Source: Candidatus Eiseniibacteriota bacterium
GTDB lineage: Bacteria; Eisenbacteria; RBG-16-71-46
DNA: 48,490 nucleotides
Reading direction: 5' to 3'
Assembly: GCA_031366795.1 (NCBI GenBank)
Contig: JANLOX010000031.1
Span: 1-48,490 of the forward strand
How positions within the stretch are numbered: the stretch's first letter is position 1; the number at the start of each line of letters is the position of its first letter. Positions 9,487 to 19,154 of the stretch are shown piece by piece. The notes beneath the pieces were generated by a model. It was not told where the DNA came from. It saw only the letters and a list, made by a program, of their open reading frames with translations, and did not search any database. The position numbers and the translations under genes were made by a program.

Positions 9487-11589
9487 ATGAGTACCCGCGC
9501 GCGCGAAACCGGCCTCAAGGCCCTCGACCCGGCGACCCGGCTCCAGTACCTGCCGGGCGTGGGGCCGACGCGCTCGGCGGTGCTCGAGCGCATGAGCCTG
9601 ATGAGCATCGAGCACCTGCTGCGGCACTATCCGCGCTCGTACCTCGATGCCCGCCGCTTCGTGCGCATCTCCGACTTGAAGCCCAACGAACTGCTGACCG
9701 TCAGCGGCACGATCCGCAGCGCCGCGGCGGTGCGCACGCGCGGTGGTCGCACCGACTTCATGCTCGCGCTCGAGGACGGTTCGGGCACGCTGGGTTGCTA
9801 CTTCTTCGGCCAGCCTTTCCTCGCGCGTGTGCTGGTGCGTGGCGCCTCGATCGTGGCGAGCGGTGTCGTGGACCCGTACGAGCGCCGCATGCTCAACCCG
9901 ATGTTCGAGGTGATCGAGGGCGAGACCGCGCAGCTGTTGCATGCCGGGCGTCTCGTGCCGATCCACGCGCTCTCGAAAGGGCTGACCGGCCGCATGCTGC
10001 GCCAGATCATGCGCTCCGCGGTCGAGCTCGTCGCACCCAGGGTTGCCGATCCGATCCCGGAGGCGGTGCGCGCCGAACTCGACCTCGATCCGGTCGCGAC
10101 CGCGCTCCAGCAGATCCACTTCCCCGAGGACGACACGCAACTCGCGCGCGCCCGCCGGCGGTTGGCGTTCGAGGAACTGCTGCTGCTGCAGATGGTGATG
10201 GAACTGCGCCGCCGCGTGTTCGCCTCGAGCGGCCTCGGCATGATCACGGCGGGCGAGGGCAAACTCGCCGCGAAGGTGGTCGAGGCGCTGCCGTGGACAC
10301 TGACGCAGGACCAGCGGACGGCACTCGACGAGATCGTCGCCGACCTGCGCGCGCCGCGGCCCATGCACCGGCTGTTGCTCGGCGACGTCGGCAGTGGCAA
10401 GACCGTGGTGGCGTTGCTCGCCGCACTCCACGTCATCGAGACCGGCCACAATGTCGCCTTCATGGTGCCGACGGAAATCCTCGCGCGCCAGCACGCCGCG
10501 ACGTGCGCGCGGCTCGCCGCCCCTGCGGGCGTGCGCGTGGCGTGCCTGACCTCAGGGAGCTCCGCGGAAGAGCGCCGCGAGGTCGCGAACGCGCTCAAGG
10601 CGGGCGAACACCTGCTGCTGCTCGGAACGCACGCGCTGCTCGAGGGCAAGATCGTGATCCCGGACTTAGGACTGGCCATCGTCGATGAGCAGCACCGCTT
10701 CGGCGTTCGCCAGCGCGCGACGCTGGCGCGCAAGGGCGGCATGCCGGACGTGCTGGTGCTCACCGCCACGCCGATCCCGCGCACGCTGACGCTGGCGTTC
10801 TACGGCGACCTCGAGGTGAGCCGTATCGCGCACCGGCCCGCCGAGCGCGGCCGCATGGTGACGCGCATCGCCGGCGAGGAGAAGCTCGACCTGGTCGTGG
10901 GCTTCGTCGCGAAAGAGCTCGCGCAGGGCCGCCAGGCATTCGTGGTGGTGCCGGCGATCGAGGAAGGCGTGCGCCCGGTGCGGGCGGCCGAGGTGGAATA
11001 CCAGCGGCTCACGGCGCATCCGCAATTGCTCAAGTACCGCGTCGGCCTGCTGCACGGGAAGATGAAATCTGAAGACAAGCGCGCGGTGATGAACGCCTTC
11101 GCCGCGGGACAACTGCACGTGCTGGTGGCGACGACCGTGGTCGAGGTGGGCGTCGATGTGCCGAACGCCACGGTGATGGTGGTGATGGGTGCTGAGTCGT
11201 TCGGGCTCACTCAGCTGCACCAGTTGCGTGGCCGCGTGGGCCGCGGGCGTGAGCGCTCCGTTTGCGTGCTGGTGCCGGGCGCGGGTGCCTCAGCGCAGGC
11301 GCTCGAGCGGCTCGAGGTGGTCGCCTCGACGCAGGACGGCTTCGCGATCGCCGAGGCCGACTTGAAGCTGCGCGGCCCTGGCGAGCTGTGGGGAACACGC
11401 CAGAGCGGCCTGCCGCGGCTCAAGCTTGCGGACCTGTCGCGCGATGTCGGCCTGCTCGAGGAGGCGCGTCATGTCGCGGCGCAGGTCGTGGCGGCCGATC
11501 CGCTACTTCAAGAAGCGCGTCACGCCACGCTGCACCAAGCGCTGATCGACCAGTACCGCGACGCCCTCGACTTAATGCTGGGCGGCTGA
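9487..11589 (+). CDS. recG: ATP-dependent DNA helicase RecG (start may be 9475)
   Basis: Wedge domain, GDVGSGKT, DEQHRFG, TATPIPRT, QLHQLRGRVGRG, DLKLRGPGE. Confidence 0.97.
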   Translation: MSTRARETGLKALDPATRLQYLPGVGPTRSAVLERMSLMSIEHLLRHYPRSYLDARRFVRISDLKPNELLTVSGTIRSAAAVRTRGGRTDFMLALEDGSGTLGCYFFGQPFLARVLVRGASIVASGVVDPYERRMLNPMFEVIEGETAQLLHAGRLVPIHALSKGLTGRMLRQIMRSAVELVAPRVADPIPEAVRAELDLDPVATALQQIHFPEDDTQLARARRRLAFEELLLLQMVMELRRRVFASSGLGMITAGEGKLAAKVVEALPWTLTQDQRTALDEIVADLRAPRPMHRLLLGDVGSGKTVVALLAALHVIETGHNVAFMVPTEILARQHAATCARLAAPAGVRVACLTSGSSAEERREVANALKAGEHLLLLGTHALLEGKIVIPDLGLAIVDEQHRFGVRQRATLARKGGMPDVLVLTATPIPRTLTLAFYGDLEVSRIAHRPAERGRMVTRIAGEEKLDLVVGFVAKELAQGRQAFVVVPAIEEGVRPVRAAEVEYQRLTAHPQLLKYRVGLLHGKMKSEDKRAVMNAFAAGQLHVLVATTVVEVGVDVPNATVMVVMGAESFGLTQLHQLRGRVGRGRERSVCVLVPGAGASAQALERLEVVASTQDGFAIAEADLKLRGPGELWGTRQSGLPRLKLADLSRDVGLLEEARHVAAQVVAADPLLQEARHATLHQALIDQYRDALDLMLGG

Positions 11590-12504
11590 TCCCGCGCTGT
11601 CGGGCGCCGCGTCCTTGAACACGCCATCGGCGACGAGGCGCTGCGCGAACGGAATGCTGCCGTCCTCGTTCAGGTGCAGCCGGTCGGCGAAGTGCGCAGT
11701 GGTCGAGTCGGCGAGGCTGTAGTCCCAGATGCGTTCGCTGGGGTCGCCCGTGGCGCGTATGCGATCCAGCCATTCGTTCCAATTGCTGAAGTGCGCGGCG
11801 TAGGGCTGGAGGTAGGGGCTCACCACGAGCCGCACGGGGATGCCGGCCTCGCGCGCCATGGCGCGGATGCGGGCGAGTGCGGCGAGGTTCTCGGGTCGAG
11901 CCGTAAGCTGGATCGGTCCGCTCAGGCGTGCCGAGTCGAGCAGGGCGGCTTCCATGCTGTAGTGGTTGGCCCAGTCCTGATCGGACTTGCGCGCGTAGTA
12001 CAACGCGCGCAGCGCGGACTCGCCATTGAAGGCGAACAGGTGCGACAGCCGCGTCGCGGCGCGCACACGCGGTCGCAGCGAATCCGCGAGCGCTCCCAGC
12101 GCCGGGCCGCTGTCCCAGTAGCAGCGTAAGCCCTCGATCAGCAGGTGGTCGTCGGGAATGTTCGTCACTTCGAGCACGAGCATGCGCGGTTTGGGATTGT
12201 GCGCGAGCGCATCGCGCAGCATGGCTTCCTCGATCAGCGTCGACATGCCGTTGAACGCCATGCTGAACACCGGCTCGTGTAATTGGCGCGCGAGCTCGGG
12301 AGCGTAGAGCCCGAACACCGCGCGCGAGTCGCCGATCAGCAGGATGCCCGAAGGGATGCCGCCGCGCGCGGCGACGGAGAAGCGGAAGCCGCTGTGCGGC
12401 AGGGCGCGGCGCAGGCCCATCGCAATCACGCGGTCAGCGGCGAAGGTGATGAGCAACAACACCAGCGTCCTCATCAACAGCGTGCGCAATGCCTTGAATT
12501 CCAT
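11572..12504 (-). CDS. Membrane-anchored SGNH-like protein, partner of MBOAT acyltransferase
   Basis: N-terminal TM; GDSR block I and FADRLHLN (DxxH) block V; immediately downstream of MBOAT gene. Confidence 0.75.
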   Translation of the reverse strand: MEFKALRTLLMRTLVLLLITFAADRVIAMGLRRALPHSGFRFSVAARGGIPSGILLIGDSRAVFGLYAPELARQLHEPVFSMAFNGMSTLIEEAMLRDALAHNPKPRMLVLEVTNIPDDHLLIEGLRCYWDSGPALGALADSLRPRVRAATRLSHLFAFNGESALRALYYARKSDQDWANHYSMEAALLDSARLSGPIQLTARPENLAALARIRAMAREAGIPVRLVVSPYLQPYAAHFSNWNEWLDRIRATGDPSERIWDYSLADSTTAHFADRLHLNEDGSIPFAQRLVADGVFKDAAPDSAGSAAQH

Positions 12505-12512
12505 GTTCGCTC

Positions 12513-13940
12513 TCAGAACTGGAAGTAGATGAAGTTCGCGCCGGAGAACGTCCCGAACAGCGCGATGCCGAGCAGGATCAGCGCGGCGTTGGCGTAGCGC
12601 AGGGCGGGGAAGCGGCGCAGCCTGTCATACAGCGTAGGATGGAACGACAACGCCTCGACGCCGACCAGCAGCATCACCAGCAGGATGGCGCGGTAGACGA
12701 GGAACTTCTGCTGCACCTGCGCGAAGCTTAAGGTGAAGCGTGTCGCAATCCCCAAGATCATCTGCGTGGCGGTGGTGAAGTTCTGGGCGCGGAAGAAGAT
12801 CCAGGTGAAGGTCACGGCGTGGAACACCAGCACGCCGGCGATCAACGCAACGATGGCCGGGGGTAGCCGCAGCGCGCGCGTCGCGCGGCCTACGGCCGGC
12901 CGCAGGAAGCGCTCGGCGCACAGGTACAACCCGTGCAAGCCGCCCCACACCACGAAGGTCCAGTTGGCGCCGTGCCACAGGCCGCCGATCAGCATGGTGA
13001 GCATCAGGTTCACGTAGGTGCGAATGTTGCCCGAGCGGCTGCCACCCAGCGGGATGTAGAGGTAGTCGCGCAGCCAGCTCGACAACGAGATGTGCCAGCG
13101 CGTCCAGAACTCGCTGAAGCCGCGCGAGAAGTAGGGCCGGTTGAAGTTCGTACCGAGGTCGTAGCCGAGGATCTTGGCCAGCCCCAGCGCGATGTCGGTG
13201 TAGCCCGAGAAGTCGCAGTAGATCTGGAAGGCGTAGAAGTAGACGCCGAGCACCAGTGTCATGCCGCCGTGCACGGTGGGATCGGCGAACGGGATCTCCA
13301 CCAGCGGCGCGAGCGAATCGGCGATCGCCACCTTCTTGAAGAAGCCCCACAGCGCCTGCTCGAGGCCGGCCGTGACCATGGCAACATCAAGCTTGCGGTC
13401 GCTGCGCAGCTGCGGCAGCAGGTGGCGCGCCCGCACGATCGGGCCGGCCACCAGGTGCACGAACATGGCGACCGCAGTGGCGAAACGCAGGAAGCTGTCT
13501 TCGGGCTCGATCTCGCCGCGATAGATGTCGAGCACGTAACTCATGCTCTGGAAGGTGTAGAATGAGATACCGACCGGCAGCACGATCTGCAGCGCCACGT
13601 CGGGCACTTCGACGCCGGCCATGTGCAGGGCGGCGCGGGCGGAGCTGATGCCGAAGTGGAAGTACTTGAAGAACCCGAGCAGCAGCAGGTTGGCGGTCAT
13701 GCTCACCACCATCAACCGCTTGCGCGCCTTGGGATCCGGTTCGACGCCGAGCCGCTTGCCGACGAAGTAGTCAAGGCTGGTCTGGAACCACAGCAACGGC
13801 AGCAGGCGCCAGTCCCACCACGCGTAGAAGCCGTAGCTTGCGAGCAGGGTGACCCACAGCCTGACCCGTCCACGCGTGCCGAGGTAGCACACGAGAAACA
13901 GCGGAAAGAAGATCAGGAAGGGAATGCTGTTGAAGATCAA
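12513..13940 (-). CDS. MBOAT family O-acyltransferase (AlgI/DltB-like)
   Basis: TTG start giving MIFNSIPFL; LPVGISFYTFQ, YCDFSGYTDIA, FWTRWHISLS.WLRDY.YIPLGG, GLWHGA, C-terminal FIYFQF. Confidence 0.93.
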   Translation of the reverse strand: MIFNSIPFLIFFPLFLVCYLGTRGRVRLWVTLLASYGFYAWWDWRLLPLLWFQTSLDYFVGKRLGVEPDPKARKRLMVVSMTANLLLLGFFKYFHFGISSARAALHMAGVEVPDVALQIVLPVGISFYTFQSMSYVLDIYRGEIEPEDSFLRFATAVAMFVHLVAGPIVRARHLLPQLRSDRKLDVAMVTAGLEQALWGFFKKVAIADSLAPLVEIPFADPTVHGGMTLVLGVYFYAFQIYCDFSGYTDIALGLAKILGYDLGTNFNRPYFSRGFSEFWTRWHISLSSWLRDYLYIPLGGSRSGNIRTYVNLMLTMLIGGLWHGANWTFVVWGGLHGLYLCAERFLRPAVGRATRALRLPPAIVALIAGVLVFHAVTFTWIFFRAQNFTTATQMILGIATRFTLSFAQVQQKFLVYRAILLVMLLVGVEALSFHPTLYDRLRRFPALRYANAALILLGIALFGTFSGANFIYFQF

Positions 13941-14124
13941 ATCGCACCCGGCCGTGGGACTTGCGTGAGGGAGAGGACAGCGAGTTCCGCGAAGGGGGCA
14001 CCCTCGCAGGTCACCGCGCACACCGTTTGAGCTTATCATGTGAATTGCGCCCCAGCCATCCCGGGACCTATCGTTGAGTCCCTTAAGCGTCACCCTGCTT
14101 GTCGTCAGCCCAAGGATTCCCATC

Positions 14125-14613
14125 GTGCCCGTCGTCTGCCCCGGCTGCGCCACACGGTATGCCCTGCCGTCCCATCTGTTGGGACCTTCGGGCGCCCGCA
14201 TCTGTTGCCCCGCGTGCTGGCTGACCTTCGTGCTCGGTCCCGATGGAGCCTTGACCGCGGTGGTGGGACGCAGCGAACCGGCGGATCCCGCGGATGGCCT
14301 CACCGGCGACGATGCACCCGTAGCCGACGACTCGCACGCCGCTCACCTTGCGCATGCGATGGCCGTGGACGTCTTGCGAGTACTCGATGAACCGCCGGGC
14401 ACTCTGGCGCAGGCGGAAGCGGAGGGACGCTTGTTCGCTGAGCATGGCGCCTCGCTGCTTGAAGCGTTCGAGACGCTGGCGCAGTCGGTTGCACCCGAGC
14501 TGATGGCCCCGGCGTTCCGCGATGCGCTGTTCGATGTCGCTGGGCTCGACCTGTCTGTGGTGGCCCCGGAACCCGAGCTGTCCTGCCGGCCGGATTGGCA
14601 TACGCACGCCTGA
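14125..14613 (+). CDS. Zinc-ribbon (MJ0042-type finger) domain protein
   Basis: CPGCATRY...ICCPACWLTF at N-terminus; AAGGA upstream of GTG; helical C-terminal region of unknown function. Confidence 0.7.
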   Translation: MPVVCPGCATRYALPSHLLGPSGARICCPACWLTFVLGPDGALTAVVGRSEPADPADGLTGDDAPVADDSHAAHLAHAMAVDVLRVLDEPPGTLAQAEAEGRLFAEHGASLLEAFETLAQSVAPELMAPAFRDALFDVAGLDLSVVAPEPELSCRPDWHTHA

Positions 14614-14669
14614 AGTTTCTTCGCGCGATACCCGGGCGACGCTGCGTGCGATGCCACGCGACGCCTCAG

Positions 14670-16019
14670 CTACTCCGGGTCGTTTGCCGTTCCGGTGCGC
14701 ATCAGGTGGGGCACCTGGCTGCCCCAGACGAAGGACAGCGCCCCGGTCCCCGCCACTACGGCGGCGCACAACAACAGCGTGGGCGTCTCGCCGAGCGAGC
14801 GCGTCATCCAACCGGCGACGCTGACGCCGATCAGGAACACCAGCCGCATCAGGAAATCGCGCGCACTGAACACACGGCCGCGCTGGCCCGAAGCGGTGCC
14901 TTCCTGCAGCAGCGTTTCGGTCAGCATGAACGCGGGTGCGGCCGCGAGCCCGATGAAGAACGCGGCCCCCGCGAACACGGCGAAGCGCGTCGATACCGCG
15001 AACGCCACGATCCCGGCGCCTGCGAGCACCAGCCCGCCGCCGAGCAGCCATGGCCTGGGTAAGTGCTTGCCGCGCGTGTTGAGCCACCACGTTCCGGCGC
15101 CGCTGCCCAAACCGAGGACGCTCATCAGGATGCCCAACCGTTCCATGCCGGGGGCACTGGCGGCGCGCTGGATGTGCAGGTTGCCCGCGACATGCAGGAA
15201 ACCGCCGCCGATCCACACGGCCCCGAGTGCCGTGAGCGCCAGTCCCACGGTGGGATTCGTGCGCACGACATCCCAGCCCTCGCGGACGTGATGCAAGTAG
15301 CCGCCCACGCTGGTCTCCGCATCCACCAGGGCGCGAGGCCGCGTGCGGTAGCGGATCAGCAGCAGCGCCACGACCGACACGAGATAGGTCGCGGCGTTGA
15401 AGTACAGCGCGGTGGTCCAGCCGTAGTGGTCGATCAACCAGCCGCCGCCCAGGGCACCCACGGCGGTGGCGGCGATGCCTGCCCCCGACAGCCAGGCGTT
15501 GGCGGCGAGCAACTGCGACTGCGGCACGATCTCGGGCGTGATGGCGCTCTTAGCCGGCAGGAAGAACACGTTGCAGGTGAACAGCAGGAACACCAGCGCA
15601 TAGACGGGCAGGGTGTGGTGCATCGTCACGTACAACACCGGGATCAACAACACCAGCCCCGAGCGCGCGAGGTCGGACAGCACCACCACACGCTTCAGGT
15701 TCCAGCGGTCCACCCACACGCCGGTGAAGGGGGCGAGCAGCAGAACCGGCGCGAGCATCACGTTGGCGAGCAGCGACAACAGCAGCGAGGCACGCGCGTC
15801 CTTGAAGTGGTGCGTGTGCTCCGCGAGCAGGCCGACGAGCGCGAGATAGGTGAGCCGTTCGCCGAGCAGTGAGATCAGCTGGCCCCACCACAGCGCCGAG
15901 AAGTTGCGCTGGCGGAACAGCGAGGGTGGCGCGCCCTGTCCCGCGAGCGGGGCTACGCCCGTCCCACGAACGACCCGGTCAGGCGGCAGAGGGCACTGCG
16001 GAACGCCGCGCGAGCACAT
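14670..16019 (-). CDS. MFS transporter (DHA3/LplT-like; start uncertain)
   Basis: RNFSALWWGQLISLLGE, GVWVDRWNLKRV motif A, about 12 hydrophobic segments, RGRVFS; last gene of acyltransferase-GT operon. Confidence 0.88.
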   Translation of the reverse strand: MCSRGVPQCPLPPDRVVRGTGVAPLAGQGAPPSLFRQRNFSALWWGQLISLLGERLTYLALVGLLAEHTHHFKDARASLLLSLLANVMLAPVLLLAPFTGVWVDRWNLKRVVVLSDLARSGLVLLIPVLYVTMHHTLPVYALVFLLFTCNVFFLPAKSAITPEIVPQSQLLAANAWLSGAGIAATAVGALGGGWLIDHYGWTTALYFNAATYLVSVVALLLIRYRTRPRALVDAETSVGGYLHHVREGWDVVRTNPTVGLALTALGAVWIGGGFLHVAGNLHIQRAASAPGMERLGILMSVLGLGSGAGTWWLNTRGKHLPRPWLLGGGLVLAGAGIVAFAVSTRFAVFAGAAFFIGLAAAPAFMLTETLLQEGTASGQRGRVFSARDFLMRLVFLIGVSVAGWMTRSLGETPTLLLCAAVVAGTGALSFVWGSQVPHLMRTGTANDPE

Positions 16020-17121
16020 CGCGGTAGACCGCCTCGATGGCGTCGGTGACTTTCGGCCACGCGAAATCCAGCGAACGCTGCCGTCCGCGCAGCGCCAGCT
16101 CGTGACGCAGCATGTCATCCGAAGCCACGCGCACGATCTGCTCCGCCAGTGCCGCCACGTTGCCGGGCGGTGCGACGACGCCGTCGACTTCGGGCGTGAC
16201 GACCGTGCGGTAGCCCGGGATGTCGGACGCCACGACCGGCCGCCCGGCGGCCATCGCCTCGGCCAGCACGATGCCGAAGCTCTCGTTGCCGGTGGCGGGG
16301 GAGACGAACACGTCGCCCGTCGCATACCAGCGCGGCAAGTCGCTGCTGGGGACGTGCCCCAAGAACTTCACGTGATCGCGCACTTCGGGGGCCAACGAAG
16401 CCTGGAAGCGCGGGCGCAGGTAGGAATCGCCGACGACCAACAGGCGCGCGCGTCCCTGCGTGCGGCGCACTACTTCGGGCATGGCCTCGAGCAGCACGTG
16501 CACGCCCTTGCGCGGATCGAGCCGGCCCACGAACAGCAGGTTGATGCGATTGGGATCCCGCCACTCCGCGAAGGGGGCCACCGCGGGATTGAAGCGCTCC
16601 ACGTCGACGCCGTTGGGAATGACCTGGAAGGATTCGGGGTAGTAGAGCAGAGCGGTGGCCTTCGCGGTCTCGGAGACGGCGATCCGCGCGTCCAGGCGGT
16701 GCACCAGCTTCGACAACAGCGGGTGAAATGTGTTCTGCATGAAGTTGCGCCCACCCGTGCTGTGGAACGTTCCCACCATCGGGCTGCGCGCGGTCTGCTG
16801 TGCGAACACGGGCAGCGTGGGTGCCGTGGGGCAGTGGACATGGACGAGGTCGAAGTCCTGCTGCTTGAAGATGGTGCGCAGTTCGTGGCGCAGGCGCATG
16901 CCCACGGTGAGATCGACGAAGGCGCGGTTGTAGGGCACCAGCACGTTGTAGCCGACGCGCAGCACGTCCGGCGAGTCGACGGCCTCGCCGTCGCGGAACC
17001 GGCTGGTGATGACGCGCACATCGTGGCCGCGCTTGCGCAGTTCGACCGCGGTGTTGTGCACGTGCTCGGTGACGCCGCCATAGCGCGGGTAGTAGGCCTG
17101 GGAGACGATGCCGATCTTCAC
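15979..17121 (-). CDS. GT4 glycosyltransferase, PimA-like (phosphatidylinositol alpha-mannosyltransferase family)
   Basis: GTG start overlapping upstream stop; GGVTEHV, VPYN, GRLDPRKG, ESFGIVLAEAMAAG. Confidence 0.88.
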   Translation of the reverse strand: MKIGIVSQAYYPRYGGVTEHVHNTAVELRKRGHDVRVITSRFRDGEAVDSPDVLRVGYNVLVPYNRAFVDLTVGMRLRHELRTIFKQQDFDLVHVHCPTAPTLPVFAQQTARSPMVGTFHSTGGRNFMQNTFHPLLSKLVHRLDARIAVSETAKATALLYYPESFQVIPNGVDVERFNPAVAPFAEWRDPNRINLLFVGRLDPRKGVHVLLEAMPEVVRRTQGRARLLVVGDSYLRPRFQASLAPEVRDHVKFLGHVPSSDLPRWYATGDVFVSPATGNESFGIVLAEAMAAGRPVVASDIPGYRTVVTPEVDGVVAPPGNVAALAEQIVRVASDDMLRHELALRGRQRSLDFAWPKVTDAIEAVYRDVLARRSAVPSAA

Positions 17122-18011
17122 GCCGTGGCCTTGTGTTGTTCGGGCGTTGCGTCCATCGCGGCCGAGGCGGCGGGCTCCCACAGCGGGCGGAAGATGCACC
17201 ACTGATCGAGGTGTTCGCGAATGTGCCGGCCTGAGACTTCGGCGACGCGCGCATTGAGCTCGTGCGTGGTGACGAACTCGGCGGGGTCGAGCGCGGGCTC
17301 GATTACGATGCGGAAGCGGCCATTGCCGGTGCGCTCGCAGTAACCGCAGACCACGGCGGCGCCGGTGCGCCGTGCCAGCACCCCGGGCCCAGCGGGCCAG
17401 CGCGTGTCGCGGCCGAAGAACTCGACGGTATCGCCGTGCTGGTAGAGATCGCCGTCCACCATCAGCGCCACGAGTTCGTTGCGATCGAGTGCCCGCAGCA
17501 GCTTGCGGAAGCCGTCCTCGTGGGACACCGTGTGGATCGCCAGCTCCGACTTGGTCTCGCGCACCGCCGACGACAGCCAGCGGTTCAGCTGGACGCCCGC
17601 CACCGCGTGCAGCGTGTGGCCCCAGTGCGCGAGCACCACGGCCGCGAGTTCCCAGTTGCCGATGTGCGTGCAGGTGATGATGACGCCGCGGCCCTTGAGC
17701 AGGGCAGCCTCGAGGTGTTCGCGCCCGTGCACCTCGACGCTGTCGAGCAACTCTTGCCGCTCGAGGTGGGGCAGGCGGAAGAACTCAAACAGCATGCAGT
17801 TGTAGCTGCGCATCATGCCGCGCACCACGCGCAGGCGGTCCTTGCGCGAAGCGCCGGGCAGCATCACCGCGAGGTTCGCCAGGGCCGCATGGCGGCGGGC
17901 CGGGAACAGGCGCAGGTGGAGCTCCGTGAACAGCCAGGCAAGCGCATAACCGGCCGGCAGCGGAAGGCTGGCGACGAAACCGGTGAGCCAGCCATAGACC
18001 CGTCGAGCCAT
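17118..18011 (-). CDS. Lipid acyltransferase (PatA/LpxL-like)
   Basis: HIGNWE catalytic HxxxxD/E, VALMVDGD, VEFFG, DQWCIFRPLW. Confidence 0.88.
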   Translation of the reverse strand: MARRVYGWLTGFVASLPLPAGYALAWLFTELHLRLFPARRHAALANLAVMLPGASRKDRLRVVRGMMRSYNCMLFEFFRLPHLERQELLDSVEVHGREHLEAALLKGRGVIITCTHIGNWELAAVVLAHWGHTLHAVAGVQLNRWLSSAVRETKSELAIHTVSHEDGFRKLLRALDRNELVALMVDGDLYQHGDTVEFFGRDTRWPAGPGVLARRTGAAVVCGYCERTGNGRFRIVIEPALDPAEFVTTHELNARVAEVSGRHIREHLDQWCIFRPLWEPAASAAMDATPEQHKATA

Positions 18012-18317
18012 GGAGAGGGACACTCCGTCCAAGGGGAGATGCGCGGTGCACACAAAGACAATAGCCGAAGCTACGGCTACCCCGGAAATCATGTCAAGAA
18101 CATCGGATCCAGCGCAACGGGCGCAACCTAGCCGACATGGTGCCAGCCGCTTGGGGCCCGATCGTTGACGACGCCTGGCAGCGGTTCTAGCATGGCGTGA
18201 GTAACGTGCCTCGCGCGACCCAATGGGGGCAGGGAAACCTTCCGGAAGCCCATGCATTCGGTCGTGATTCGTGACATGAGCGGACTCAAGGCCGAATGCG
18301 GCCGTCAGGAGACGCCA

Positions 18318-18734
18318 ATGCCGAGCCAGAAGCTCGTACGCTGCCAGGTGCGACGCGAGGACAGCGTCGCGGCTGGAACGTCGCGCTATATCCCCCTCGA
18401 GATCTTTGGGCTGTGGGAGTACATGATGAAGTCGCGCCATGGCTTCGAGATCCTGAGCCCCAGTGCTTCGCTGTGGCTCGACATGGAGGACTCGCCCGAG
18501 TCCGCCTACAGCGAGAACCAGTTCGAGCGCGTCACCGAGGTCACGGCGTTCGTGTACTCGGGCCGGGATGACATGTTCACGCGCTGCTGCCGTTACTTCC
18601 CCTCGACCGACCTCGACTCGCTCAAGCCGATCTTCCTGTCCCACTACGAGGACACCGCCGCCCGCCTGCAGACGCACGTCCGCGAGCGTTCGGGGATCTG
18701 GCTCGTGCGCGAAACCGCGGCCCTCGAGGCCTAG
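18318..18734 (+). CDS. Hypothetical protein (138 aa)
   Basis: SD CAGGAG before ATG; host-like GC3 bias; globular-looking composition; no recognised family. Confidence 0.75.
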   Translation: MPSQKLVRCQVRREDSVAAGTSRYIPLEIFGLWEYMMKSRHGFEILSPSASLWLDMEDSPESAYSENQFERVTEVTAFVYSGRDDMFTRCCRYFPSTDLDSLKPIFLSHYEDTAARLQTHVRERSGIWLVRETAALEA

Positions 18735-18852
18735 CGGGCGCTGCAAAGCCCCGATTGCTGCGTTGGTTCGTCGCGACGCGCTGCGGAATATCCAACGATA
18801 TGCCTCGCGCGTCGCTCCTCGCCGCCTTGCACTCGGGGCTTTTCAGCGCCCG
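18735..18852. repeat. REP/MITE-like palindromic element, full copy
   Basis: 24-bp terminal inverted repeats CGGGCGCTGCAAAGCCCCGATTGC / GCACTCGGGGCTTTTCAGCGCCCG (2 mismatches); related partial copy at 21831-21879. Confidence 0.75.
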
Positions 18853-18882
18853 GAGCCGCCGCCCCGCCAGTCTTTTTTGGCG

Positions 18883-18910
18883 TCAAGCCGCCGGGCGGTC
18901 CGTCCGATAA
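18883..18910 (+). promoter_or_regulatory. Putative sigma28 (FliA) promoter upstream of mglA-like gene
   Basis: TCAAG-N15-TCCGATAA preceded by a T-tract. Confidence 0.65.
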
Positions 18911-19154
18911 CCCCCGTGATCGTGGTGCTTTGACCGGTGTGCCGTCCGTTCGGGCGGCGTGCCGGTTGCGGCTTCACGCCAACATGCTTGCGACCCCACT
19001 GGGTGCGCGGCGCGGTGCGGTGCGGGTGCTTGCATTCGCGGGCCGTGCGTGTCGATCACCTTCAGGGTGCCTGTGGAGAAAGGGCGGCAAGGGGCTCCAT
19101 GGGGCCAACGCTCTGTGACACGGTGGGGTTCGCATTGTCTTGAGAGGAGCGACC

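Noticed and set aside
13941..14303. Long N-terminal extensions in the ORF track (MBOAT, acyltransferase, MFS, flhG, hybrid kinase)
   Set aside because: They overlap neighbouring genes; family-typical N-termini and SD/overlap signals support the shorter starts
18130..18145. Sigma54-like TGGCAC-N5-CGGCT upstream of the acyltransferase (minus strand)
   Set aside because: The -12 element is poor and there is no supporting enhancer
18930..19143. Short ORFs in the mglA leader
   Set aside because: No SD, Arg/Cys/Gly-rich composition typical of random GC-rich frames; treated as 5' UTR
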